DNA of 64,000 bases from Elsinoe ampelina. Its lineage: Eukaryota. The notes beneath the pieces were generated by a model that saw nothing but the letters and a program-made list of their open reading frames with translations, made no database searches and was not told the DNA's origin. The stretch spans positions 199,868 to 263,867 of the forward strand of contig ML992502.1 in the NCBI GenBank assembly GCA_010093995.1, read 5' to 3'. How positions within the stretch are numbered: the stretch's first letter is position 1; the number at the start of each line of letters is the position of its first letter. A program made the position numbers and the translations under genes. Shown here one piece after another: positions 24,995 to 37,193 of this stretch.

Positions 24995-26440
24995 ATGGCA
25001 AATTCCAACAACGACCATGCAATCATCGACGATACAAAAGATGCAGCACGCCACCTACGAGAACAATTCATCATACCGTCAAGGTCCCAGCTGAAACGCA
25101 CAACCTTAAAGGCGGTGGGAGAGCCTCTCCAAGATGCAGATATCAGACCTTGCACCTATCTATGTGGCAATTCTCTCGGGCTTCAACCAAAATTGGTCTC
25201 ACAATACACTGCAGCATATCATCAAACGTGGGCGTCGAAAGGAGTTTATGGCCACTTCAAAGAGATTGAAGATTCGCCACTACAGCCATGGCTGAACGTG
25301 GACGACGCTGTCGCAGAAGACATGGGCATCATTGTTGGTGCAGGTAAAGACGAAGTAGCTGTCATGCAGACTCTGACAGCAAACCTCCACTTCGCCATGT
25401 TGTCCTTCTATCGCCCGTCCAAGAACCGCTACAAAATAATCATTGAGGGTAAAGCCTTTCCCAGCGATCACTATGCCATTGAATCTCAACTGCAACACCA
25501 TGGCTATGAACCCTCAAAAGCAATGATCACCATCGAGCCCCCATCTCCAAGCGTTCCAACTCTTACAACAGACCACATCCTCTCCGTCATTGACGCCCAC
25601 GCCTCTACCACGGCCGTTCTTCTCCTCCCAGCCATTCAATTCTATACCGGTCAATTCTTCGACATCGCCACCATCACCGCCCACGCACAGTCCCGCGGCA
25701 TCACAGTGGGCTGGGATCTCGCGCACGCAGTCGGCAATGTACCCCTGCAGCTGCACGACTGGAACGTAGACTTCGCAGTCTGGTGCAACTACAAGTACAT
25801 GAACTGCGGTCCCGGCGCAATCGGAGGACTTTTCATCCACTCGCGTCACTCATCTGCCTCCGCGTCTCCCTTACCACGACTAGCAGGATGGTGGGGATCC
25901 TCGAAGTCTTCACGGTTCGCCATGACAAACACCTTCGACCCTATCCCCGGTGCAGCTGGGTGGCAACTGTCTAATCCATCGGTTGCAGATCTCACGGCGG
26001 TCAGGGCGAGCCTTGATGTCTTCAAGATGACCTCCATGGCGGAATTACGAAAGAAATCGCTCGTCCTGACGCAGTACCTACAAGATCTCCTGCAGTCGCT
26101 TGCAGAGAGCGAGGGTAGCAGCAGGGAAAAGAGCTTTGAGATCATCACCCCTCTTGATCCGGAGCAGAGAGGCGCTCAGCTGAGTATCAGACTATCACCG
26201 GGATTACTGGATGGTGTCATGCATGTTTTGGAGGAGGAAGGGGTTGTAGTAGATGAGCGCAGACCGGATGTCATCAGGGTAGCGCCGGCACCCCTGTATA
26301 ATACCGCTGAAGACTGCTCACGATTCGTGGAAGTATTTGGGGTAGCGCTGAAGAGGGTGAAGGGAGGCAAGACAGGGACGAACGGAGCTACGATGGTGGA
26401 AGCAGGGAAGGAGGCCAAGGGATGGAGTGAGGTGAAATGA
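24995..26440 (+). CDS. BNA5: Kynureninase
   Basis: YLCGNSLGLQPK, IEGKAFPSDHYA, GWDLAHAVGN, PLP lysine in WCNYKYMNCGPG, QRGAQLS, RVAPAPLYN. Confidence 0.95.
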   Translation: MANSNNDHAIIDDTKDAARHLREQFIIPSRSQLKRTTLKAVGEPLQDADIRPCTYLCGNSLGLQPKLVSQYTAAYHQTWASKGVYGHFKEIEDSPLQPWLNVDDAVAEDMGIIVGAGKDEVAVMQTLTANLHFAMLSFYRPSKNRYKIIIEGKAFPSDHYAIESQLQHHGYEPSKAMITIEPPSPSVPTLTTDHILSVIDAHASTTAVLLLPAIQFYTGQFFDIATITAHAQSRGITVGWDLAHAVGNVPLQLHDWNVDFAVWCNYKYMNCGPGAIGGLFIHSRHSSASASPLPRLAGWWGSSKSSRFAMTNTFDPIPGAAGWQLSNPSVADLTAVRASLDVFKMTSMAELRKKSLVLTQYLQDLLQSLAESEGSSREKSFEIITPLDPEQRGAQLSIRLSPGLLDGVMHVLEEEGVVVDERRPDVIRVAPAPLYNTAEDCSRFVEVFGVALKRVKGGKTGTNGATMVEAGKEAKGWSEVK

Positions 26441-26803
26441 GGACCATTATTGGGGGAAAGAGCACGAGCCGGGACTTGGTAGATACGAATATTACACAAG
26501 TAGCACTTACAAGCACAAATGTGATAGTTCAAGTCCTGTGACCAAACGCCGAAGAGTGACCTCTAAGAGTCTGCATCAATTGTTTAAGTATTCTCACGTA
26601 GTCTGACCATCCTCTAGTACAACGCCTACAATTTGCCACTGCTCAAACCGGCGTAGAGATCGCTGAAGAGATCGCTGACTGTCCGCAAAGTGTCCTTCCG
26701 ACCTTGGTCAAACATCCTGCCGAGGAGTACCTCCTTAAGCATGGTACGACCAGACCACAACCACAGCTTCTTCCTTCATAACATCCAGCGTGGAAATAAT
26801 CCA

Positions 26804-27918
26804 TCACTCCTCTTCACTATCACTCTCATCCGAGTAAGTCGCCGTACGTGAGTATTCATTACCAAACTCATCGTAGCAGTGATCCACGCAGATCGCTGCT
26901 TCATTCATGCCCTTCTTGATGCACTTCAAGCAAAGACCGCGGCAATAGCGATCGAAATCGGTCTTCTTCATCCTACGAAGCTTCCTTTCGAATCTATGAG
27001 TGCACAGTTCGCAGTCCATCTCGAGAAATTCCATGCCGTCCCTGCAGCGGCAAACAATGGTGCAAGGAAAACGTGTTTCTTCGCTAGTGATCTTATCGAT
27101 GGTGAATATTCGAAGCAGATCATCCCCAGCGTCCCTCAAAGCCTGATCACTGGCAGAACTGCTGAATTTAGGAAGCATTTCCATGCCGGCTTCGTCGACC
27201 TTGGACTTGCGAGCGAACCGTTCGATACGAGCATAGCATTCCCTGATGGCGGATCGGGCTAGGACACGTTGACCTTCGAGGTGAGCTGTCGGGCGATCAG
27301 TATACACTTTCCGGTAGTGTGATGTGACTTACCATATATGATGGACCGGATATCATCGGAATGTGGCGGCATGAGTGATGTGAAACTTTCGATCGATCCG
27401 TGCAGCAATTCCAAAGTGAGGTCGTAAAACTCGTCCTCTTCATCCAAATGGTATGCCAGTAGCAAGGGGATCTCCTTCTGCAGCTGAAGAGAAGGAGCCA
27501 CTCCGTTGCGATCATGCCAAAAATATACATACCGCCTAATGATAGCATTGAGGCATAGATACTTGTCGCCAACTTCGAACACATCGAATATCTCCCTGGA
27601 TGTGAGAGCTGCCATCGAGTCGTCGATTTGAAGGTGATGGGCCGCCTTTAACAACACCTCGAAGGGCTTCGGATTATCTTCCGGGAAGTCGATACGGGTG
27701 ATATAACCGGCAGCAAGGTTATACCCCTCGGCCCACCTCTCAGAGAACATAGCTTTGAAGACCGGGGAGAAGTCGGAGAGCATTGCAGAAGACACTCGGA
27801 AGACTCTGGACTGATCGGATCCGACACAGAGCTCCACATCGTACGGGTCGGAGAAGACGATGTTGGCGGGTGGTCCTTCATAGCTCTTTCGCGGTCCTCG
27901 TGCTATGGTGTCGCACAT
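26804..27918 (-). CDS. BTB/POZ-domain protein with Cys-rich C-terminus (paralog 1)
   Basis: DVELCVG..FRVSSAMLSDFSPVFKAMFS..WAEG, FPEDNP, GDKYLC; intron 27286-27332; C-terminal GLCLKC. Confidence 0.82.
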
Positions 27919-28195
27919 GGTGGAGTGGTGCGACGCAGACTCAAAGATCGTGAAAGACTACCATTGAGTGAGTGTTGATAGAACGAAAGGTGAAGTAAGA
28001 AAAAAATTTATATAGAAGAGAGGTAGCGTGAGTTGCGATTGGCATGTGACTGCTTGGCAGTATCACATGTCACCCTCTCTGTTACGGCAATCCATGGTGT
28101 CAGTCAGTGAGACGGCCATATTATGCTCTTTTTCTACGAGTATACAATCCAGCCCAGCTTCGACGCTCCACCACGCTGCAAGTATCTCGCAGACC

Positions 28196-29284
28196 CTATC
28201 CACCGGAAATATTGTCGTCAATCCCAATGTGCTTAGTGCAGAACTCCGGCTCAAACACACCTTCTTTGACACAGACTAGGCATAGTCCGCAGCCGTAACG
28301 TTTGTAACCGACCTCATCAAGCGCCAATACAGCCAAAGTTCCGCTTGACACCCAGGACCCCCGAGACAACCCCGCTCGTTGTGTCCTAACGCGGCGCATG
28401 CAAACTGAGAGTCGTCGAACATCGCTTCATGCAGAAAGTCCATTGACCAAGAGAGGGGCGTGTCAGGGACACTAGCGTGGTAGGTTTGAAGCTTGCATAA
28501 AGCCCATGGCGCGGTGCCGCTATGACTGAGCCGTCCACAGCAATTGACGAGTGCCCTCCTTGCTGATTCGCGCTTGAGTTCCAGGAGATCTGTTGTTTTG
28601 TGAGTACTGTGATCCGACCCACGGACGTCATGGTGGGAGTATACCGCAGATTGCGTGTGGTAAACCGTGATCACCTTCTGGTAGGCAACCTGCGAATGGA
28701 CAAACGAGGCCCTTCACCATCTCATGGGCTACGGTGCGGAATCCTTCGGCGTTATTGAATACGAAGCTGGAACTTAGCAGGGTTCCATAGTCGTCCAGGC
28801 CTCTTGTATCCCTGACCAAGCGGTCGAACAGTGTAGCTCCGCCATGCTTCCAGAGAGCCTTACGGCAGTCGTACTTGTCGCCCAGCATCGCCAGCTCCAG
28901 TAAATCATCGGGTGTAGCGAGGTCATCTCCAGAGCCAAGGTCCACTGGTAGTTCATGAGCGGTCTGGAGTACAAACTTGAGAGATCTTGCTTCTTCGTCT
29001 TCAAGGTGGATCAGAATCGAATCGGTCGACGAGAGATGCCGCCCTTCGGCATATCTTGGTGAGAATAATGCTTTGAACACCGGCGAGAAAGCAGTGAGAC
29101 GGACTGAGGAGACCAGGAAACTGGTAGAGACTGGGTGGTCAACTGTAAGGAGGACGTCGCGTTCTTCGCAGATGACTATTGTGAAGGAACCAGCAAGAGG
29201 AGTCTCCCCTCTGGCGATCGATGCGATATCCATGCTCAAGTCTGATAACTTCATTCGTGAAGTGCTGGTAGTGAAAGCAATCAT
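28196..29284 (-). CDS. BTB/POZ-domain protein (paralog 2), apparently frameshifted near the 3' end
   Basis: DVLLTV...FLVSSVRLTAFSPVFKALFS..YAEG, GDKYDC; intron 28590-28644 at the same position as in paralog 1. The homologous GLCLVC tail lies in another frame (stop at 28196), whereas the spliced frame stops at 28276. Confidence 0.7.
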
Positions 29285-29423
29285 GTAGGTTGTGAAGAGA
29301 TCGCCAGAAGAGAAGGTGATTCACGGAAATGGCAGATTTTGATATACGCCATGGTCGAGTGAGAGCTTGGTATATTCACATGTCATCTTCACACTGTTGA
29401 ACGAAAGAGATGCATGAATGATA

Positions 29424-31382
29424 CTACCCATCACAAGGCCAATGAGCCTGTATCCAAGAGCTGATGAACGTCGTCAAGCTCCTCCCGTCCCCGATCAGCT
29501 CCCCTGGTCCAGAACGTTTCTCACCTAAGTATCGCAAAGCAAGGACAATCCACCTCTCGATGAACTCATTGTAGATTAGATCCACCGTCTCTGGAGGATT
29601 GGTGTCATCGATCTCCACATTTGAGCCTACCACGTTCGGTGTGTGGTAGAATCTGATCGGAGCATGAATTGTGTCGTCACCGGGAGAGCTTGATGAAGCA
29701 TCGTCGTGCGTGGTGTAGCCTGGGGTGAGGTCGCCATCATCAGAAGAAACAGCTCGTGGCCCATGTAGCGAAATAGGCTGTTGACTATCTGGTTGGATAT
29801 CTGCGATAGGAGGTGTAGCATACATCGGCGATCGAACAGGAGGTTGCGGAGGAGTCAAATCTCGGAGCATCTTCTCGCGGGCGATCTCAATGCTGTAAGA
29901 CTCAAGGTCTAAATGGTCGTTTCCGGAAGCGACGAGGTCCCGAAGCATGATCGGACCTTTGTTGTTGAGCAGCTGTAGAATCTTGTTTGCCTTCTCATAC
30001 GGCACATCTTTGAGTCGTCTCAGGCTACTGGTGAAGGGAGAGAGCAGGAATGTCGTGTCTATTGTGAATGGTCCCTGGAATATGTCGAATCTCATTGCAC
30101 CAGAATTGGATAGAACGATTGCTGGACGCACTTGCTTTTCGTCCGAAGTGGTAATGTTCGCTCCGATCCATGGGAGTACTTCGGTATCAAGCCAGGTGAG
30201 CAGGCTCTCCTTGGAAGGATATGGTGCACGACTCAGCCAGTAGGTCTGCGGAGCGCACCCGTAAGCTTTGTCCAAATTGAGCTTCTTCCTGGCTGCGGTG
30301 ATAGCCTCTGTTGCGTTTTTCCCAAGATCAGTAGCAAAGGTGCTAGTATTGAAACCCGAATGAGCGTGCAGTGAGTATAAGTTATTGTCGATATATAACC
30401 TCCCAAATTTCAGGCTTGCCTTTGTCGACGGCGCCTTGGGTGTTGACACGCCTGTGATTGACTGGAAGCCGATAGTCTCCATGTATCTGCCACTTTCGAG
30501 GCCGACTGAGGCTTTGTCATAGATAGCATAGTCCCTTATATGCGTGTGGCCACCAAAGAATTGGATTGGCACATCCCACTGTACCGATCGGATCGCTTTG
30601 AAAATGGCGGTGGTCTCTGTACTGTCTCTTACGGGAACATGGCCTGCGACCACGAAGAGATCAACCTCACGATCCCGAATAGCATCTTGGAACCACTTCT
30701 GCTTCACAGTTTCCTCGACTGATATGACGACCGTATTGTTGGCATTGCCATGGAAGTCGAACAGGAATCCAAATGCGATAATGCGGATGCCTTGGTTCTT
30801 GGTAGTGAACTTCCGATAACGAGGCGCGAGAGGCTCCCTCTCGCCCGTCTCAGGGTTATAAATATCGAGGTTCGAGGCGATATAGTTGTTCTTGTACGCA
30901 GGCACGGTCGTGTAGTACTCGTTGATTGAAGAGTTGGCCAGGTAGAGTTCGTGGTTTCCTGGTGTTATAATGTCGATGTGCTGCTGTGTGAAGATATCAA
31001 AGGTGTATTTGCCTTTCGGATCCGATGCATCGTATAGTCCATTTCCCTCCACTCTGTCGCCTGTATCGACTACCAGCAGATCACTTCCATCTGCGTCCGC
31101 TCTTGCTTTCAAGTGTTGGGTAAAGGAGATATAATCACCCCAGTCAGCGGAGTATTGTGCTCTGCAGAAGGGTTAGCCTCCATCTCGAGCACAAAGGTTT
31201 CATGAAGTCTACTCTTGCAAATGACCTCCATGCCAGCCGTGGGTGTCGGTGGTGTGGAGGAAGTTGAGCTGTCCCCAAGGCAGCTCTCTGAGGGGAGCTG
31301 GCACGGGTGATGGTGCCGAAGGCTGAGCAGCATATGCTGTTGCCAGCACACTGAAGACGGAACAGGCTTTCCACGCTGCCAT
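29424..31382 (-). CDS. Secreted/vacuolar calcineurin-like metallophosphoesterase, 5'-nucleotidase family (YHR202W-like)
   Basis: Signal peptide [60 protein letters not shown]; intron 31162-31212. Confidence 0.88.
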
Positions 31383-31637
31383 CTTCGATCAAGATAAAGG
31401 GTGGTATCAAGCAAAGCAGACAGAGCGACTGTTTCCAAACACTGGGACCTCGATGGACAACATGTGGCGCAGAGCATGTGACGATTACCGCTGTGGCGTT
31501 TGTGGCTGGTGTCTAAGGTACCCGCGAAGCTCTGACCACTCGTTCACAAATGTTCATCTGCAGTGATCGACCTCTGCTGTCCAGTGCTCTCACTCCTACG
31601 ATCACCAGCGCCTGGTGCGCCCCTGATTGTACGTACC

Positions 31638-32611
31638 ATGGCGTCCCGGTCGCCTTCGTACGCGCGCTCCGTGTCACGCGGCAGATCATACACGCGATCA
31701 CCTCCACCAGACCAGGATCGCTCACGATCCCCTTCAAATCGCGAACGACGAAGCTACAGAGATGATTCGAGATCACGCAGTCCACGAAGATCACCCAATG
31801 GCGCGCCGCCATCTGGTAGGAGATACCGGAACCGCAGCTTCACCAGGAGTCGATCAAGAAGTCACTCAAGAAGTCCCTCACCAGTGATGCCCCGGAGCTC
31901 AAAGATCGTCGTCCAAAAACTCACAAAGAACATCAACGAGAACCACCTCCAAGAGATCTTCAGCGTCTACGGCAGAATCGAAGACATAGACATGCCCCTC
32001 AACCGCGCCTGTGAGCTCCCCACCAACCCACCCTAACCCCCTCGCTAATCCTCCCAGACATGACCAACCGCGGAACAGCCTACATCCTCTTCCACTCCCC
32101 GCTCGCCGCCGAAAAAGCCATCGCCCACATGCACGAGGGCCACATCGACGGCGCCCAAATCAACGTCAGCATCGTGCTCCCGCGCCGCCGCTTCTCCCGC
32201 TCTCCGCCCGCCCGCAGACCACCGCCGGACCGCTTCGGCGAGCCGCACAGATTCAGGGACTCTGGTCCCCACGCAGGCCCACGAGGTGGTGGAGGTGGAA
32301 GAGGAGAGGATAGATATCGCTCTCCTCCGCGACGACGCTCGCCTTATAGACCGAGTGATAGGAGGGGGAGAGGGAGGGACTACACGCCGCCACCGAGGGA
32401 CAGATCGTTCAGCCCGCGCAGGAGCAGGAGTAGAAGCAGGAGTCGTGGGTTTATGAGGCAGAGGAGTTATTCGCGCAGTCCGCCGCGGAAGAGGAGAGAT
32501 GATGGTCCGCGACGAGGGGGGAGGGGGAGGGCAGTGGGGAGTGTGAGTTCTGGGAGTTTTTCGAGGAGCAGGAGTCGATCGATGGACAGGGCGAGGGAGA
32601 GGAGGAGATGA
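31638..32611 (+). CDS. RNPS1-like RRM protein with RS-rich flanks
   Basis: RS repeats; RRM KIVVQKLTKNINENHLQEIFSVYG...NRGTAYILF...AIAHMHEGHIDG; intron 32011-32057. Confidence 0.85.
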
Positions 32612-33022
32612 TACCCCATAGAGGACGAGTGAGAATGAGACATGAAGCATGAGAATGCAGCACCAGCCATGAAACAATACCACTGCACTCGTGAAAAGTG
32701 AAATAAAATCAGAGACCATAAAACTCGAAGTGGTATTCTGCTCTATAACATTTCCCACAACGCCATACCATCGTAAACATGCTCGCTGGCCGTCTCCTCT
32801 CGACTGCTCCGGGTAATGTTCTCATCTGTCCAATGCCTTGCCATCCTCACTTCCTACCCCTCGTCTCCACGTGGTATTCATCACTTCCACCTAACTACTA
32901 GCTCATCCCATCTCCCCCTTCCTCCATCGGCGAATTTCACGATGATATCTCGACATGACCAACAGCTTCTCTACAGCCATCCCACCGTTGACGCCGGCGC
33001 GTGATGCAGGGCCCAAGCGTGT

Positions 33023-36000
33023 CTACCGCGACCCATTCACGCCTGGACTGACGGGCGATTGTAGCGCCGCTTGCTGTTGGGCCGCCAGTTGATCTGCTTG
33101 AGCGACGGCGGCTTCGATGACTTGTCGTTCGTCGGCGGAGAGGTGTTTCGTTAGGTTTTCGTAGACTTGGGGGTGTTGTTGTTGGCATTCTGGGAACAGT
33201 GAATATTAGTACATAGATGGGGGTTTGGGTTGGAACGTACGTAGTAAGCTCGTCTTGAGCAGACTGTAGGGTTCAATCTTGTCGAGCGGTGTTTCTAGCA
33301 AGCTTTCTTCTTCGAGCTCTTCCTCATCATCATCCTCGCCGCTTGCCGCGCTGTATTTGCTTGCTTGTTGGCTGAGGAAGTCGAGGTACGCTGTGCTCTC
33401 GTCCTTGACGTCGGCTGTGTCGTCACCCTCTTCGTTTGTCCAGTCGACCTCGGCTTCCCATTCGTCCTCTTCGTCGTCATCGTATTCGCCGGACAGACCT
33501 AGGTCATCTTCTTTTGTCGCTTCTTCGCGGTTCTTCTCTGCCGCTGGGAGGGTCTGGAATAGTCTGACCATACCTTGAAGTAATCTCGGCCAGCCAGGTT
33601 GAACGCTCTGTGGGATTTGGTCGGCCGGGATGACCAGGAGAGCAGAGATGGCGCATATCGATAGCTTCTTGTCGTGAACACGAGTGAACATGTCGATACT
33701 GGAGAACCACAGGCTGAAGAACTTATTCGTCCAGCCATTGGTCTCCAACACATGTAGCGCAAGCGACGGGTTGCAGTAAATGCCGTTGATCACCATCTCC
33801 ATGAGATGAATCTTGTACGACTTGACCTTGTTCTTGTCGTTTGTAAGATCAATCATGGCGAGTGAGACAAATTCTGGGAGGTGCTGGTCAATATGGCCAC
33901 GGAGGTTGAGCATCATGACTTCGGCAAGCTTGCAGCCGCAGATGCGGTCTACTCCGCCGACTTTGTCATCCTTGAAGATTCTGCGAACCATCTCCACGAT
34001 GGCTTCGAGGTATGGTGGGTGCTGGATCATCTGAGCGCTTCCATAGGCGACAAAGTTCTCTAGTGCTGGCAGCATGTCTTCGAGATACAGCTCTCCACCA
34101 GAGTTGAAGGTCTTCGTGATGAGCTCAAATCCACCCCACATGGTTGGTGAGATGGTCTTCGCAGAGTAGGTACAGCTGTCGATAATTTCGAACACCTCGT
34201 TGTACAGATCGTAAAGTTTGTGTTCGAGAGTAATGGTGACGACAGGCATGAGAATAGTTTCGAGGTGTGCAAGGACGTCGGGGGTGCTTTCGAGTGTGAG
34301 GATGAGGGTGCCGATGGTCTGGAGAACACCAAGTGCGGTGATGCTCTTGTCGTCCAAGAAGTCGCCGTAATCGCCATCGTCGTCGCGACCGGAACTTCGT
34401 TCAAGGATTTCGCGAACAATTCGCAGGTAGGTGTCACGGAGTTGCTCGCTCAAGGCGACTGCGAACGGTGCAAGCTCAGCAGCGAAGACTTCGACAAAGT
34501 CTTCCATGACATTGGCCAGAGCATCTACATCCACTTCGTTTGCGAGCTTGAGCAGCTGCTGCATGATTTGAGGGATGTTCTGCTGCATCGAAGTGCGGAT
34601 AATGTCGTGACGGATGAGTGGTTGCAATGCCAAGGCAGCCTCCACCCTGACGGGGAGATCTGGATCGGCCATGGATTCGAGGATGTTGCGGTAGATGATG
34701 AGGAGATTATTCGGATCCTTGAATTCCAGCTGCTCAAACTTCTCCAGCGTGTCGCATGCTCTGGCGCGGAGGAAGCCGTGCTTGCTGCGGAACTCTGGGA
34801 AGACGTGGCGGACGAAGAAGTACTCGACTTGGTCTGCGATAGGACTCTTCTTGCCGAGGATTACTCCCGAGAGTGTTCCGATCATTCGCAAAGCTCCCTC
34901 TTTCTGGACAGGGTTCTTCTGGTCATCCGGCGCAGCCTCGTACTTGTTGACCACCTCGTTAATGAAGGACAAGACATCGAAGACCTGCTTCCGTCGCGCC
35001 TTTGTGAGAGTGACCAAGAAGTTCGTAGCCGCCACATCCGGCGAGGACACCTCCTCATAGAAGTTGAGCTTCCGATGTAGGTACTCCTGTGGTTCCGACA
35101 TGAACAGCTCGAGGTCGTCTTCCGACTGGCAGAGCACGGGGAACAGCAGATGCTCGATTAGAATCTTCATGTGCGGCTTGAGGTTCTCCCACATCGACTT
35201 TGGCTTGACGCACTCGTCCATGAAAGCCAGGGTGTAGGACAGGCAAGGCTTGCTGAGCCATGTGGTCTTGCCGACCCACTTCTCGATCTGCTCCAAGTAC
35301 CCGCGCAAGATGACAGGCGCAAAGTCCTTGATGAAAGATTTGGCAACCTCGCCGTAGTCCTCCTCGTTGTTCTTTTGCAGACTCGCTGGGTTGCCGTACC
35401 TAACGAACAGCCTGTTGAGATTGACGTATGACCACTTCTTGCACTTCCACCAGTGGTTGATCTCCCGCTCGTCTTCATCTTCCAACATGGCGCTTTCCGG
35501 TGGAGTCTTGCCGACAACAGTGAGGAACAAGGTGCACCAGCCAGACATGGCTTCATGGCCGCGGAGGTACTTGGGGAGGTCGAAGTAGATCGTGTGCTTG
35601 TATGCTTTGAGAACAGTGCGGAGCATTTCACCGGCTTCCAGACTCGTCTCGTTTACCAGACTGTTACCAATCTGCAGCAGATGCGGAAAGGTCTGCTCCA
35701 CGATACGGTCAAAGTCGGCCCTGGTGTCACCCACCTTGAACCTGTACGTTCGGCAGATCGCAAGTAAGCATTGTAGACCAGCAAATACTGAGGGAATGTC
35801 CTGGCTGTTGAGCAGAGTCGTGGTGGTTTGCAAGAATTCTGGCCATTGCTGCGGGAAATCGTAGTGTAAGATCTTTTGCAGAGTCGCGACGAGTTGTGCT
35901 CGCACCTGCGGGGTGGCTGCTCGGAGGATGGGGAGTATACGGCTCTTTACCGCAGTCTTTTCGCTTTCGGCCAGAGTTTTGCCCTTCTCGCTCTCATCGG

Positions 36001-36322
36001 TAGGAGACCATCTCTTTGTCACGCGATTCTTCAGGTAGACCGAGCCTGATTGGTGTTAGACCGGCGAGCATGTTCACTGTACCGTGACTTACTAGATAGT
36101 CGCACACCAGCATCTTGTTCGTTCTCGAGGATATTAAGTAGTGCGTCTGAGAAACCGGGGTTCTCCTCTGCCTGGTAGTTGTCAGGGTCTTGAAGCTCTC
36201 GACGTGGGCATTGACGGCTACCGTACATTTTTGAGGTCCAATTCTGCCTGTCGCCTGACATCCGAGTTCGCGTCCAGCGTGGCCTGTATGCCGTTGCGGA
36301 GGGCTGTCGCGTCCATGGCCAT
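33023..36322 (-). CDS. NMD5: Importin-7/8 family karyopherin (Nmd5/Sxm1-like)
   Basis: IBN_N start (ATLDANSDVRRQAELDL..VYLKNRV), DFPQQWP, WWKCKKW, FTRVHDKKL and acidic tail. Introns 36172-36226, 36046-36092, 33190-33240. Confidence 0.9.
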
Positions 36323-37193
36323 GTCGTGGTACCTACCAGATGTCGTGGTACCTCTGGTAGGTTCAAGTTCGGAATACTACCAGGAAAAAGTGCGGCGGGA
36401 CAAAGGTGGGAGGGTTTTCGAGGTTCGTAGTGGGCGTGAATGCTCGTCAGAGATCAGGTCGTGCAGGTGACTGGCATATCAGGGCTCCTGCTGAGATAGC
36501 AAGTCTGAATCCGAGCTCGAGTCGACCATCCACTAATCAGAAAGGAGCGTATGCATGGAGGAGAGGAAAAAGATCACAAAGATTTGGGTCCTGTGGTAGT
36601 AAATGTGGAAGCCAAGTAAAAAGGCACAGGCACACAACCCGAACCTAATGATGCACCTCTTTGGACCGTGCTAAACCACGACTGAAAAATACTCCGAAAA
36701 GCCGCCGGAAAAAGACCCTGCACGCTTGGGACGTACTACTAGACACGGTCTCTAATTATCTATATATCTAGCTTAATCATCATATAGCTGGTAGTGTCAT
36801 CTATTGTACTACCAGATGTGGAAGCATCACTAGCCACGTAGCGGGAGACATGCTATTGTCAAGTTCTGGTGGTTTGGTGGGTGAAGTGGTACCTGAGCTG
36901 CGAGCCCAAAAAATGCCCCTCGTCTTTCCTTGAATCCCGAACCTGGTAGTCTTACTGTCTTGGTCATTTTGTTTTTCAGCTGCAGATGTCCTTGCATAGG
37001 AACCTTGTCACCACGTGAGATACAAGACGATCACTCCATCAATGCAAGGATTCAGGCACTAGACACGACTCAAGAAGCACTGCCGCATCCACGTTGCTGC
37101 CCTGTGCACTGACAATGACAAAATCTACTTGACCTGTCTTGGTAAGCTGCAGCACTGTGCCGTCTTTATGCTCAGCCTCTCTGCTCTACATGT

